Below are positions 7,772-16,508 of a DNA stretch of 55,131 bases, in pieces. A program made the position numbers and the translations under genes. The stretch covers positions 1-55,131 of the IMG/VR virus record IMGVR_UViG_3300038808_000030; one strand, written 5' to 3'. Position 1 is the first letter of the stretch, and each line of letters begins with the position of its first letter. Source of the stretch: a virus (Duplodnaviria > Caudoviricetes). The notes under the pieces were generated by a model. It had not been told where the DNA came from. It was given only the letters and a program-made list of their open reading frames with translations, and ran no database searches.

Positions 7772-8110
7772 TTACTGGCCGCGCAGTTGTGGTAGGTCCA
7801 GCATCCCGCGAAGTAGGTTCTCGATCCTGCGGATTTCCGTTGGGTCGAGTTTCGAAATCGCGGCGACCACCTCCCGAGACAAGGCTAGTTCTTGGAAGCG
7901 TGCATCACTGAACCATCCAGCGGCCCCTGGCAACTGCTCGCATTGCGCGATGGTCTTCTCTGTGATCGGACGCAAGCCGTTGACCATGTGATTGATGTAT
8001 GCGCCGTCCTTGTAGCCGATGGCTCGACCTAGGGCTGCGCGTCCCCCCATGTGTACGGCGAGGGCCTCCAGCCTCTCGCGGCGGAAGTTGCTCTGTTCAT
8101 CGTTGTCCAT
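7772..8110 (-). CDS. Prophage repressor (CI-like HTH) without S24 peptidase domain
   Basis: 112 aa; RRERLEALAVHMGGRAALGRAIG...YINHMVNGLRPITEK HTH; divergent from cro across operators. Confidence 0.8.
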   Translation of the reverse strand: MDNDEQSNFRRERLEALAVHMGGRAALGRAIGYKDGAYINHMVNGLRPITEKTIAQCEQLPGAAGWFSDARFQELALSREVVAAISKLDPTEIRRIENLLRGMLDLPQLRGQ

Positions 8111-8117
8111 GCAGGAC

Positions 8118-8198
8118 AGCTTAGAGCGTGCGTATCGAACGATACTTTTTCTTGAGACTATCAAAAGATATCTAAAACAGTATCAAAAGATATAGAAT
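8118..8198. promoter_or_regulatory. OR region: three operators, PRM- and PR-like -10 boxes
   Basis: TATCGAACGATA 8133-8144; TATCAAAAGATA 8159-8170 and 8181-8192; TAGAAT 8193-8198 (+) and TAAGCT 8123-8118 (-). Confidence 0.78.
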
Positions 8199-8204
8199 TC
8201 AGGC

Positions 8205-8480
8205 ATGACTACACCAAAGCCATGCAAACCTTGTGAGGAACTACGGCAGTTCCTCGAAGCACCAGGTGCACCTTCCATCGCCGAATTTCGAGAACTGGTT
8301 GGGGCAAAACAAGATGCTCAAGTTCGACATTGGCGCGACGGTGTACGTCGGCCCAAACCCAAGACGGTCGTTCGCATTGAACGGGTGACAGCGGGGAAGG
8401 TGCCGCGCCATGTCTGGTATCCAGATGACTGGCAGGAGATTTGGCCGGAGTACGAGCCGACGGGAGCGTTGCATGATTGA
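8205..8480 (+). CDS. Cro-like transcriptional regulator (YdaS/Cro-like)
   Basis: QVRHWRDGVRRP...RIERVTAGKV...PDDWQEIWPE motif. Confidence 0.85.
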   Translation: MTTPKPCKPCEELRQFLEAPGAPSIAEFRELVGAKQDAQVRHWRDGVRRPKPKTVVRIERVTAGKVPRHVWYPDDWQEIWPEYEPTGALHD

Positions 8481-8832
8481 GCAAGGGACCACCGCAGGCC
8501 CTCTGCGGCGCGCTGCCCTCCGGCTTGTTGCCTTCGCACGAGCCACCGGCCGAACCAGCTGCTCCGACACCATGGAGCTGCGTCAGCAGTGCGACGCCAA
8601 CACACTGCGCGTACTTGACGCGCTGGCCCGGGCCAAGGGCATGGAGCGCCCGGTCTACATCGAGGCGCTGCTGGAAGAGCATGCGAAAGAAGCGTTGCAT
8701 GAGGCCAGTCTGATCCTGCGCCAGTTGCGAGGCAATCCGCTGCTGGTGGAAGCGCTTGGAGCCCCGCCGGAGACCTTTGGTTTGCCTGCGGCCGAGGAAG
8801 AGGTGGGGAATGCCCGAGCAACAGCTTCCTGA
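8473..8832 (+). CDS. CII-position regulator-like protein
   Basis: LDALARAKGMERPVYIEALL (ribbon-helix-helix-like); lies between cro and the replication gene. Confidence 0.6.
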   Translation: MIEQGTTAGPLRRAALRLVAFARATGRTSCSDTMELRQQCDANTLRVLDALARAKGMERPVYIEALLEEHAKEALHEASLILRQLRGNPLLVEALGAPPETFGLPAAEEEVGNARATAS

Positions 8833-9742
8833 CCCTCTTGTGCCCGCTGACTGCGATCTGAGCGACTTCCCTTACATGGAATTGGATGTTCGGCGCCTGC
8901 GCGATTCGCGTTTCGCTTCGACGCCCAACGGTGATGCGTTTCGCGCTGGCGTGCTGCTGTGGTGCGCGGCCTGGCACCAAATTCCCGCTGCCTCACTGCC
9001 CGATGACGATGTGGAGTTGGCCAACTTGGCCGGCTACGGCCGCATGCCCATCAGCGTGCGCGAATGGAAGAAGGTGCGGGCCGAGGCCCTGTCTGGCTTC
9101 GTGAAGTGCAGCGATGGCCGTCTGTACCACCCCGTGATCGCTGAGAAGGCCGTGGCTGCGGGCGCGGCGAAGCGGCGGCACGCCTACGGAAAGTTCCTGG
9201 ACCGCCTGCGGAAAGAGAACAAGGCGCGGGAGAAATCCGGCAAGCCCCTGTTCGGAATTCCAACGCCGGAGCAGTGGAATTCCGGCGCCTACCCCCACGG
9301 AATTCCACCGGAGCCCCAAGCGATTTCCGCCGGAAATCGCCCGGAAAACGGTGCGACTTCCGGCCAAGTTCCAGCGGAAAACGCTCTTAGAGGGAACAGA
9401 GAGGGAGAGGGAGAGGGAACTCTTTATTCCGTAGCTAACGCTACGGGCGGCGGCGCCGCCAAGCCGCCGGGCGAGATGACGAAGGACGAGCTGTGGCGTG
9501 CGGGCAAGTCGCTGCTGGCTCAGGCAGGCCTGCCGCCGGCTCAGTGCGGCTCGTTCGTGGGAAAGCTGGTCAAGGACTACGGCGACCAGATCGTGGTCGA
9601 TGCCGTGCGTGCTGCGGTCGTGGCGCGGCCGGCGGACCCCGTGGAGTACCTGAAGGCGACTTGCATGCGGGAAAAGGGCGAGCGCGCCACCCGGGGCAAC
9701 AACAAGCACAGCGCCGCCTATGCGGCCATCGTGGGGGACTGA
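8810..9742 (+). CDS. Replication initiator-like protein (DUF1376/YdaU-like)
   Basis: PLVPADCDLSDFPYMELDVRRLRDS, SLPDDDVELA, CSDGRLYHPV; contains internal iteron-like repeats. Confidence 0.8.
   Translation: MPEQQLPDPLVPADCDLSDFPYMELDVRRLRDSRFASTPNGDAFRAGVLLWCAAWHQIPAASLPDDDVELANLAGYGRMPISVREWKKVRAEALSGFVKCSDGRLYHPVIAEKAVAAGAAKRRHAYGKFLDRLRKENKAREKSGKPLFGIPTPEQWNSGAYPHGIPPEPQAISAGNRPENGATSGQVPAENALRGNREGEGEGTLYSVANATGGGAAKPPGEMTKDELWRAGKSLLAQAGLPPAQCGSFVGKLVKDYGDQIVVDAVRAAVVARPADPVEYLKATCMREKGERATRGNNKHSAAYAAIVGD
9254..9420. repeat. Putative replication origin iterons
   Basis: GGAATTCC at 9254, 9276 and 9299; further TTCC-N3-GGAA palindromes; purine-rich strand at about 9388-9420. Confidence 0.6.
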
Positions 9743-9745
9743 GCA

Positions 9746-10285
9746 ATGCAAAAAATTTCTGCGCTGGCACCGGCAGCGCTGCGCGATGGTGCGCGAGAGC
9801 CTGCTGACCAGGCCGCCGCGAACCCGGCCGTGAAGAACCTGTTCCTCGTGATGCAGGGCTGCTACGGGTCGTTGTTCCTGAGCAAGTTCGCCACGGGCGT
9901 GCTGGACGACCAAGGCCGCGACCTGGGCGTGCGCGCTGCGATGCGCGTCTGGCGCACGACGCTGGCCAAGTACACGCCCGACGTGATCGAGTCCGCTGTG
10001 GCGCGCCTCACGGCAGAGCACCCGGACTACCCGCCACATCTGCCGCAGTTCGAGGCCATGTGCAGGGCCGCCACGCCGCGCAGGACGCACGCTGAGGAGC
10101 ATGGTTGGCTGGCACTGCCGGCGCCCAACGCAACGCCCGTGCATGTCCAGATCCAGCTGCACGGCGATGGCAAGGACTGGGCTCGGCGCATCGTGGCGCG
10201 CGTGCAGGCCGGCGACCAGACGCTGACGCGCACGGCCATCCGCGCCGCCATGCAGGCCCTGGGCATGGAGGGCTGGCCGCGATGA
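9746..10285 (+). CDS. Replication protein, lambda P position (putative helicase loader)
   Basis: YGSLFLSKFATG and PDYPPHLPQFEAMCR motifs; follows the initiator. Confidence 0.6.
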   Translation: MQKISALAPAALRDGAREPADQAAANPAVKNLFLVMQGCYGSLFLSKFATGVLDDQGRDLGVRAAMRVWRTTLAKYTPDVIESAVARLTAEHPDYPPHLPQFEAMCRAATPRRTHAEEHGWLALPAPNATPVHVQIQLHGDGKDWARRIVARVQAGDQTLTRTAIRAAMQALGMEGWPR

Positions 10286-10485
10286 CGCTGCTGCAGCTGC
10301 TCAAGACCGGCGCTGTGCTGCGCTACCGGCCCGGCTTCCGCTTCTACGCGGTCCAGCAGGGCCGCGAAATCTCCGTCAACCAGGTCGAGGCCGAGGCAGC
10401 CGTGCGCGCCGGCCGCGTCCGCCCCGAAAGCACCGGCCCTGATGGGTTCGGCGTGTACCACTTCTCGCTCAGGAATTCCCAATGA
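10282..10485 (+). CDS. Small hypothetical protein
   Basis: ATGA-coupled on both sides; MTLLQLLKTG... Confidence 0.6.
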   Translation: MTLLQLLKTGAVLRYRPGFRFYAVQQGREISVNQVEAEAAVRAGRVRPESTGPDGFGVYHFSLRNSQ

Positions 10486-11192
10486 CCCGCAGGTTTGAGT
10501 TTGCCCGCGACCAGGTGCTGGCCACCATCGAGGCCGGCCCCGTGCAGTACGCGGCTCTGGCCGGAACCATGTCCGACCCGGCCCGCGCCCAACTGCGCGC
10601 CATCATCGATGAGCTGACAGGGCAGGGCCTCATCCGGCTGATCCAGCTGGACCGCTTCCCGCACTACGTGACCACCGACTGGGTGATGCCCGACGAACTG
10701 CGCCTGCAGCTGATCGAAGGCAAATGCCGTCGCACCGTGGATGGCTGCTTGATCTGGACGGGCTACATCGACCCGCGCCGCGGCCCCATGGTGCGGTTCG
10801 GCCCGGACGGCCCGCCCACGGCAGCCCGCCGCGTGGTTTGGACGATCAAACGCGGCCCCCTGGGCCTGCAGCAGACCGTGCGCGCTGGCTGTGACGACCC
10901 CGCATGCGTGGCCTACGAGCACATGAAGCTGGGAACTCGCGCGGACAAGTCACGAGGCCGCAGCCTCACACCCCTGACCAAGCTGCGCATTGCCCGCGCA
11001 CAACAGGCAGCGCGCGGCAAGTTGACCATCGAGAAGGTACGGGCCATCCGTGCGAGCGCGGAATCGGAGACTGTGCTGGCAGAGCGCTACTGCGTGTCGA
11101 AGCCCACCATCGGCCAGATTCGCAGGAACGAGACGTGGCGTGAGGAGGGTGGCATGTTCACCGCGCTGATCCCAGGGAGGGCGCGGGCATGA
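10482..11192 (+). CDS. Degenerate HNH/His-Cys-box nuclease-like protein with C-terminal HTH
   Basis: GCLIWTG, ARRVVW, CDDPACVAYEHM; KLTIEKVRAIR...LAERYCVS. Confidence 0.65.
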   Translation: MTRRFEFARDQVLATIEAGPVQYAALAGTMSDPARAQLRAIIDELTGQGLIRLIQLDRFPHYVTTDWVMPDELRLQLIEGKCRRTVDGCLIWTGYIDPRRGPMVRFGPDGPPTAARRVVWTIKRGPLGLQQTVRAGCDDPACVAYEHMKLGTRADKSRGRSLTPLTKLRIARAQQAARGKLTIEKVRAIRASAESETVLAERYCVSKPTIGQIRRNETWREEGGMFTALIPGRARA

Positions 11193-11635
11193 GCGTGATC
11201 CTTGGAGTGGACCCTGGAGCCAATACGGGCGTGGCCGTGTTCGTGGACGGTCAGCTGGTGGAGCTGCTGACGATCCCGCCGCACCACATCGAGCGCACGC
11301 TGGCCGCGCGCATGCCGTCGCGCGTGGTCTTCGAAGACAGCCGGCTGCAGTCGCACACCTGGACGCGCGGCAAGACTGGCGCCGCCAGCGCCAAGATGGC
11401 GCGCAATGTGGGCCAGGTGGACGCGCGCTGCGCGGACATCACGGCGCACTGTGCAGACCTGGGCATCCCGGCCCACGGCATCAGCCCGGCAGGGAAGGGC
11501 GGCAAGCTGGATGCGAAGCGCTTCGCCGCAGTCACGGGCTGGACGGGCCCGAGCAACGAGCACAGCCGCGATGCGGCCATGGTGGCCTGGCCATTCCGCC
11601 GCGCTGCGGATCTGCGGGGAGGTGGCCGTGGCTGA
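11189..11635 (+). CDS. RuvC-like Holliday junction resolvase
   Basis: ILGVDPGANTGVA, VVFED, NEHSRDAA. Confidence 0.72.
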   Translation: MSVILGVDPGANTGVAVFVDGQLVELLTIPPHHIERTLAARMPSRVVFEDSRLQSHTWTRGKTGAASAKMARNVGQVDARCADITAHCADLGIPAHGISPAGKGGKLDAKRFAAVTGWTGPSNEHSRDAAMVAWPFRRAADLRGGGRG

Positions 11636-12128
11636 AATCGCCCTGCACGCCCACTGGGATGGCCCCGAGCAGGCCCGGGCCAACTTCCTGCAGCGCGTTG
11701 CGCCCTGGTGCATGCAGCAGTGGGAGGCTGGCCGGCGCCTGGAGGTGTTCGTGCGTCTGCACGAGGACGCCAAGACCGACCGACAGCGGACCTTCTATCA
11801 CGACTTCGTGCTGGCCGAGATCGCGCGCCAGGTCGTCATCGACGGCCGCCGGCACTCGAAAGCCACGTGGAAGGAGCACTTCCGCGCCGAGTACCTGGGC
11901 AGCCGCGCGGTGACGCACCATGACCCGATCAGCGGCGCTACGACCACCACGCAGGAGCGCATCAGCACGGAGAGCTTGGGCGTGCGCGAGTACGGCGACC
12001 TGATCGACCGCGTGATGGCCCACGCCATCAGCGACCTGGACGTGGAGTTCCCTGCGACCTTCGAGCAATGGGAACGGGAGCAGACCCACCCGGACACGGG
12101 CGAGGTGATTGGCGGGGTGTGCCCCTGA
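11628..12128 (+). CDS. NinB-like recombination protein
   Basis: KTDRQRTFYH, EIARQV, WKEHFR, STESLGVREYGDLIDRV. Confidence 0.72.
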   Translation: MAEIALHAHWDGPEQARANFLQRVAPWCMQQWEAGRRLEVFVRLHEDAKTDRQRTFYHDFVLAEIARQVVIDGRRHSKATWKEHFRAEYLGSRAVTHHDPISGATTTTQERISTESLGVREYGDLIDRVMAHAISDLDVEFPATFEQWEREQTHPDTGEVIGGVCP

Positions 12129-12694
12129 TGCGCCGCACTGCCTTCAAGTCCGGCGGGGCAGGGTTCCGCCGGCGGGCCGCTCCTGCGTCCCATGCCGCCC
12201 ACGAGCTGGCGCGCGAGCAGCGCCTGGAGGCCCGTGCTGCCCGCGCCATGGCCGAGGCCCGGCCGCGCGCTGCCACTGTGGCGCTCATCGACCAGCACCA
12301 GGTCGTGCCCGCGCCCAAGACGGTGGCCCAGCGCAACCCGCGCCTGCGTGCCTTGGCCAAGGGCCAGCAGTGCCTGCTGCTGGTACCGGGGACCTGCACG
12401 AACGACAGCACCACGGTCGTCTGCTGCCACAGCAATCTGTCCATCCACGGGAAGGGCGAGCGCAGGAAGGCCGACGACCATTACAGCGCCTGGGGCTGCG
12501 CCGCGTGCCATTCCTGGCTGGACCAAGGGCCTGCGCCGGCCGCGCGTAAGGAAGCCGCATTCATGGCCGCGCACCTGCGCCAGGTCCTGGCATGGCGCGC
12601 GCTGGCCTACGCCCCGAACATTGACGCCCGCGACCGCGCCGCTGTGCTGTGGGCGCTGGGCCTGCTGAACGCCACGCCCATTCTGGATTTTTGA
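12128..12694 (+). CDS. DUF1364/YbcO-like Zn-binding nuclease
   Basis: AKGQQCLLLVPGTC, TVVCCHSN, KADD, GCAACHSWLD. Confidence 0.8.
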   Translation: MRRTAFKSGGAGFRRRAAPASHAAHELAREQRLEARAARAMAEARPRAATVALIDQHQVVPAPKTVAQRNPRLRALAKGQQCLLLVPGTCTNDSTTVVCCHSNLSIHGKGERRKADDHYSAWGCAACHSWLDQGPAPAARKEAAFMAAHLRQVLAWRALAYAPNIDARDRAAVLWALGLLNATPILDF

Positions 12695-12777
12695 AAGAGG
12701 ACCATCTTGGAAACCAAGGCCGCGAAGATGAACCGCGACGACACGCAAAAACAAGAAGGTGGCCCCGCTTGAGCTGC

Positions 12778-13086
12778 ATGGACTGGATGGCTGGCCAGCT
12801 GGAGGGCTGGCACGAGGAGGGGGCGCGGCACAACAACCCGCGCCCTGCGGGCGTCATCCGCCCGGGCAGTGGCACCGACGTGCTGCTGCGGTTTCTACGC
12901 CAGGCCCCCGGGCGCTGGTTTTTCCATGCCGAGCTGGTCCTGGCCCTGGGCCGCAGCAAGGGGGAGATCGATTGGGCGCTGCTGTACCTGGTGCGAGAGG
13001 GTCAGGTGGAGAGCCGACTTACGGAGCTGCCGGCGCGCAAGCCAGTACTGCGATACCGGCCAACCAACAAGCAGCAGGCGTTGTGA
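12778..13086 (+). CDS. Winged-helix protein at the Q position; candidate late transcription activator (start uncertain)
   Basis: LLRFLRQAPGRWFFHAELVLALGRSKGEIDWALLYLVREGQVE; last early-right gene. Confidence 0.6.
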   Translation: MDWMAGQLEGWHEEGARHNNPRPAGVIRPGSGTDVLLRFLRQAPGRWFFHAELVLALGRSKGEIDWALLYLVREGQVESRLTELPARKPVLRYRPTNKQQAL

Positions 13087-13109
13087 GGGCTTGGCGGTCG
13101 AACGAGTGT

Positions 13110-13769
13110 TTACTTCTTCGAAGGACTACCGTTTGACGGCTTGCCCTGTGGTTCCGAGGTTGGCGTCGGCCCGCGCCTAGGCTTGCTGGACAAGCGCATG
13201 AGCGTTTTGAGATGAGATTGGTATTTCTCAAGTCCGGCGTAGTCGAGGTCGATTTTTTCGCCCAAAGTCCATGGGCATATGTGCCCATGATCGGTGAAAC
13301 GGTTGACCATCTTCTGGTTTACATTCCGTAAGCCATGTGCATATGCATTACGCACCGCCGACAGTTCGATGTAAGGCACAACGGTTCCAACGTCCTGCCA
13401 TGTGTGTCCCATCTTGGCCAGAATGCTCTTGCCCCAAGACTCAATACCACCAGTTAGCTCCTCTTCGTCGGTCATTTCCAGCTTCAGCCGGGCAAACGCT
13501 TCTGCCAAAGCGTAGGTCGAATGTAGAACCGTCGAGAACAAGACGTCATGACTATGTAGTGCATGAAGGTGGTGTTCCAAGCTAATCTTGTAGGTACTTT
13601 TACCTTCTTCAGTAGATAGAGTGATGTCTTGGCTGTCTTTTATCTCAAGGGAAGACAGCAGCAGATCTTCTCGATTGAATGCAATGAGTGAACTCTCCAG
13701 GAAGCGGGTGATACGCCCCCATTCGGTCCATATTAGTTGCTCGTCAGTTGTTTCAAGTGAAATGTTCAT
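13110..13769 (-). CDS. Moron encoding a putative HEPN-domain protein
   Basis: R-x4-H motif RNAYAH and upstream YALAE; low GC; opposite orientation. Confidence 0.6.
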   Translation of the reverse strand: MNISLETTDEQLIWTEWGRITRFLESSLIAFNREDLLLSSLEIKDSQDITLSTEEGKSTYKISLEHHLHALHSHDVLFSTVLHSTYALAEAFARLKLEMTDEEELTGGIESWGKSILAKMGHTWQDVGTVVPYIELSAVRNAYAHGLRNVNQKMVNRFTDHGHICPWTLGEKIDLDYAGLEKYQSHLKTLMRLSSKPRRGPTPTSEPQGKPSNGSPSKK

Positions 13770-13864
13770 TCCGAATTAAAAAGGTCATAAGGTATTCGGA
13801 AGCATATCCGATTGCTGATCACAGATACAAAATCCTTCTATCTCCTCTGTTGGCTGTGGGTGTC

Positions 13865-13883
13865 GTACCAAGCCTGACACGTT
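13865..13883 (+). promoter_or_regulatory. Late promoter motif copy 1 (terminase small subunit)
   Basis: GTACCAAGCCTGACAcgtT; ATG 23 nt after the first C (13868 to 13891). Confidence 0.75.
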
Positions 13884-13890
13884 CAGAGGG

Positions 13891-14685
13891 ATGAAGAAGC
13901 AACCTGCCCGCAAGACCGCGAAGACCACCAAGGCCAAGGATGGTGCGGCACCGAAGAAACAGCACATCACCACGGAGGACCGGCACAGGGCCTTTGCGCG
14001 GGAGTATGTGGCCCTGGCCTTCAACGCAACGCAGGCGGCCATCGCGGCAGGCTACAGCGCTGCTACGGCGGCTTCGCAGGGTGCGCGCCTGTTGAGAGAT
14101 GCCAAGGTGCAGGCGTATGTGAAGGAGTTCAGCCAGGCGGCGGTCGCTCGGGCCGAGGTGCAGGCCGAGGACGTGGTGCGCCGGCTGAACGACATGCTGA
14201 TGGCCGACCCGCGCGACCTGGTTGAGGTCTACGTCTCCGCCTGCAGGCACTGCCACGGTGTGGCTCATGAGTACCAGTACACGCTGGCCGAGTACAATGC
14301 CAAGCGCGAAAAGTGGCTGGACGCAGGCAAGGCGCCCCAGGACTTCCCTGAGCTGGGCGGCGTGGGGTACGACGCGAACAAGCCGCCGGTGCCGGAATGT
14401 CCGGAGTGCTTTGGTGCGGGCCGGCCGCGCGCCATCCTCAAGGACACACGCACCATGCCGCGAGGCGCCCTGGCCCTGTTCGCGGGCGCCAAGGAAGGCA
14501 AGTACGGGCTGGAGATCAACGTGCACAGCCAGCTGGACGTGGCCGAGAAGCTGATGCGCTACCACGGGCTCTACAAGCGCGACAACGAGCAGCAGGGCGG
14601 CGGTAGCGGCGTGGGCCACTTCGAGGTGCATTTCGTGGATGCGCCGCCTCGTGAGAACGATCCGCGCGATGGGGAGGCCGCATGA
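13891..14685 (+). CDS. Terminase small subunit with Zn-finger insertion
   Basis: FAREY..NATQAAIAAGYS..TA..QGARLL; CRHCHG...CPECFG. Confidence 0.92.
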   Translation: MKKQPARKTAKTTKAKDGAAPKKQHITTEDRHRAFAREYVALAFNATQAAIAAGYSAATAASQGARLLRDAKVQAYVKEFSQAAVARAEVQAEDVVRRLNDMLMADPRDLVEVYVSACRHCHGVAHEYQYTLAEYNAKREKWLDAGKAPQDFPELGGVGYDANKPPVPECPECFGAGRPRAILKDTRTMPRGALALFAGAKEGKYGLEINVHSQLDVAEKLMRYHGLYKRDNEQQGGGSGVGHFEVHFVDAPPRENDPRDGEAA

Positions 14686-16055
14686 AGCTGCCACCGACAA
14701 ACCCCCGTCCGTCCATCCTCGCGTTGTCCCTGGACGCGGCCCTGGCCGGCGAGGACCTGGCGCCCGACTTTGCCGAAGACTACGAGGTAGACCGCGCGCG
14801 CGTCCGGGTGGAGTTCCCCGCCAAGCTACGCGGCCTGTGGCAGCCCAAGCGCTTCAAGGTCATGTACGGCGGGCGCGGCGGGGCCAAGTCCTGGTCTGTG
14901 GCGATGGCCCTGCTGGTGATGGGCAGCAACCGGCCGCTGCGCATCCTGTGCGCGCGCGAGATCCAGAAGTCCATGCGCGACTCGGTGCACCGCCTGCTGT
15001 CCGACCAGATCGCGGCTTTGGGCCTGGGCGGCTTCTACGAGGTGCTGGACACGGAGATTCGCGGCGCCAACGGCACGCTCATCCTGTTCGCGGGCCTGCA
15101 GAGCCACACGGTGGACTCGATCAAGTCCTATGAGGCCATCGACATCGTGTGGGTGGAAGAGGCCCAGAGCGTCAGCGCGCGCAGCTGGGAGGTGCTGGTG
15201 CCGACCATCCGCCGGCCTGGCTCGGAAATCTGGCTCACGCTGAACCCCGACCTGGCCACCGACGCCACCTATGCCCGGTTCATCGAGGCCGCCGACAGCG
15301 ACACCTGGCTGTGCGAAATCAACTGGCGGGACAACCCCTGGTTTCCGGAGGTGCTGGAGAAGGAGCGCCGCCGGCACTTCAAGCGCGACCCGGACACCTA
15401 CTGGAACGTCTGGGAGGGCCGCCCGAAGCGCACGCTGGCCGGCGCGATCTACGCGAAGGAGGTGGAGCGCCTTTACAACGACGACCGCGTGTGCCTGGTG
15501 CCCTACAACCCCAAGCTGCCCGTGCACACTGTCTGGGACCTGGGCTGGGCCGACAACATGGCCATCGCCTTCGTGCAGCGCACGGCCATGGATTTCCGAG
15601 TCATCAACTTCATGCAGGACAACCAGAAGACGCTGGAGTGGTACGTGGAGCAGATGGAAAAGCTGCCATACCGCTGGGGCACGGACTTCCTGCCACACGA
15701 CGGCGCCCACGGCGACTTCAAGACCGGGCAGACGGCCCAGCAGATCCTGGAGGACATGGGCCGCGAGGTGGAAGTGCTGGAGCGCGCGGGCCTGGAGTCG
15801 GGCATCCGCTTGGCGCGCGGCATCTTCTCCTCGGCCTACATCGATGCCCAGCGCTGCGCCAAGCTGCTGGACTGCCTGAGCCGGTACAAGCGCCAGATTG
15901 ACCCGCGCACGGGCGAGCCCGGGCCACCGCTGCACGACGACGCCAGCCACGGCGCGGACGTGTGGCGCTACATCAACATGGCCCTGCCGCTGATGGACAA
16001 CGACACTGCGGGCGCTGTGCCTCTCAGGCGACGCGCGGGCGGCATGGCACGCTGA
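14682..16055 (+). CDS. Terminase large subunit (PBSX family)
   Basis: YGGRGGAKS Walker A, CAREIQKS, WVEEA Walker B, TVWDLG, SHGAD. Confidence 0.96.
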   Translation: MKLPPTNPRPSILALSLDAALAGEDLAPDFAEDYEVDRARVRVEFPAKLRGLWQPKRFKVMYGGRGGAKSWSVAMALLVMGSNRPLRILCAREIQKSMRDSVHRLLSDQIAALGLGGFYEVLDTEIRGANGTLILFAGLQSHTVDSIKSYEAIDIVWVEEAQSVSARSWEVLVPTIRRPGSEIWLTLNPDLATDATYARFIEAADSDTWLCEINWRDNPWFPEVLEKERRRHFKRDPDTYWNVWEGRPKRTLAGAIYAKEVERLYNDDRVCLVPYNPKLPVHTVWDLGWADNMAIAFVQRTAMDFRVINFMQDNQKTLEWYVEQMEKLPYRWGTDFLPHDGAHGDFKTGQTAQQILEDMGREVEVLERAGLESGIRLARGIFSSAYIDAQRCAKLLDCLSRYKRQIDPRTGEPGPPLHDDASHGADVWRYINMALPLMDNDTAGAVPLRRRAGGMAR

Positions 16056-16059
16056 TCCC

Positions 16060-16078
16060 GTACCAAGCCTGCCACTTT
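16060..16078 (+). promoter_or_regulatory. Late promoter motif copy 2
   Basis: GTACCAAGCCTGCCActtT; 16063 to ATG 16086 is 23 nt. Confidence 0.78.
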
Positions 16079-16085
16079 CGCGGGC

Positions 16086-16508
16086 ATGCCTGCATGTATC
16101 GACCTGCGCAAAGCGCACCTTCACCGCCAGCATGGGGACTTGCTGGCCGTCTACACCTGGATCAACGCCGAGCGCGCATTGGTCCTGATTCCCGCCTATC
16201 GCCCCAAAGCCCCGTGGTACGTGGTGATGGAGAGCGCGGCCTATCTCTACGATGACCCCGCCTACCTGGCCCGCGCCTGCGTCAAGGCCTGCGAGGTGCT
16301 GGGCATAGAGCCCAACCGGCCGAACTGGGTGCGTGTGGCCACCATCGTCAACGAGGGCCTGCCCGACCTGGTGAGCATGCCCAGCGAACCCACATGGCAG
16401 CGCGCGGGCCAGGAGTTCGGCACGCTGGTGGTCAAGTCCGATGGCAAGGAAATCGCGGCCGAGGCCCTGACCATCCCGGACCTGGGGGCCGAATATGTCC
16501 CAGCTTGA
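16086..16508 (+). CDS. Conserved-looking phage protein between terminase and portal
   Basis: 140 aa, strong codon bias, own promoter motif. Confidence 0.75.
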   Translation: MPACIDLRKAHLHRQHGDLLAVYTWINAERALVLIPAYRPKAPWYVVMESAAYLYDDPAYLARACVKACEVLGIEPNRPNWVRVATIVNEGLPDLVSMPSEPTWQRAGQEFGTLVVKSDGKEIAAEALTIPDLGAEYVPA

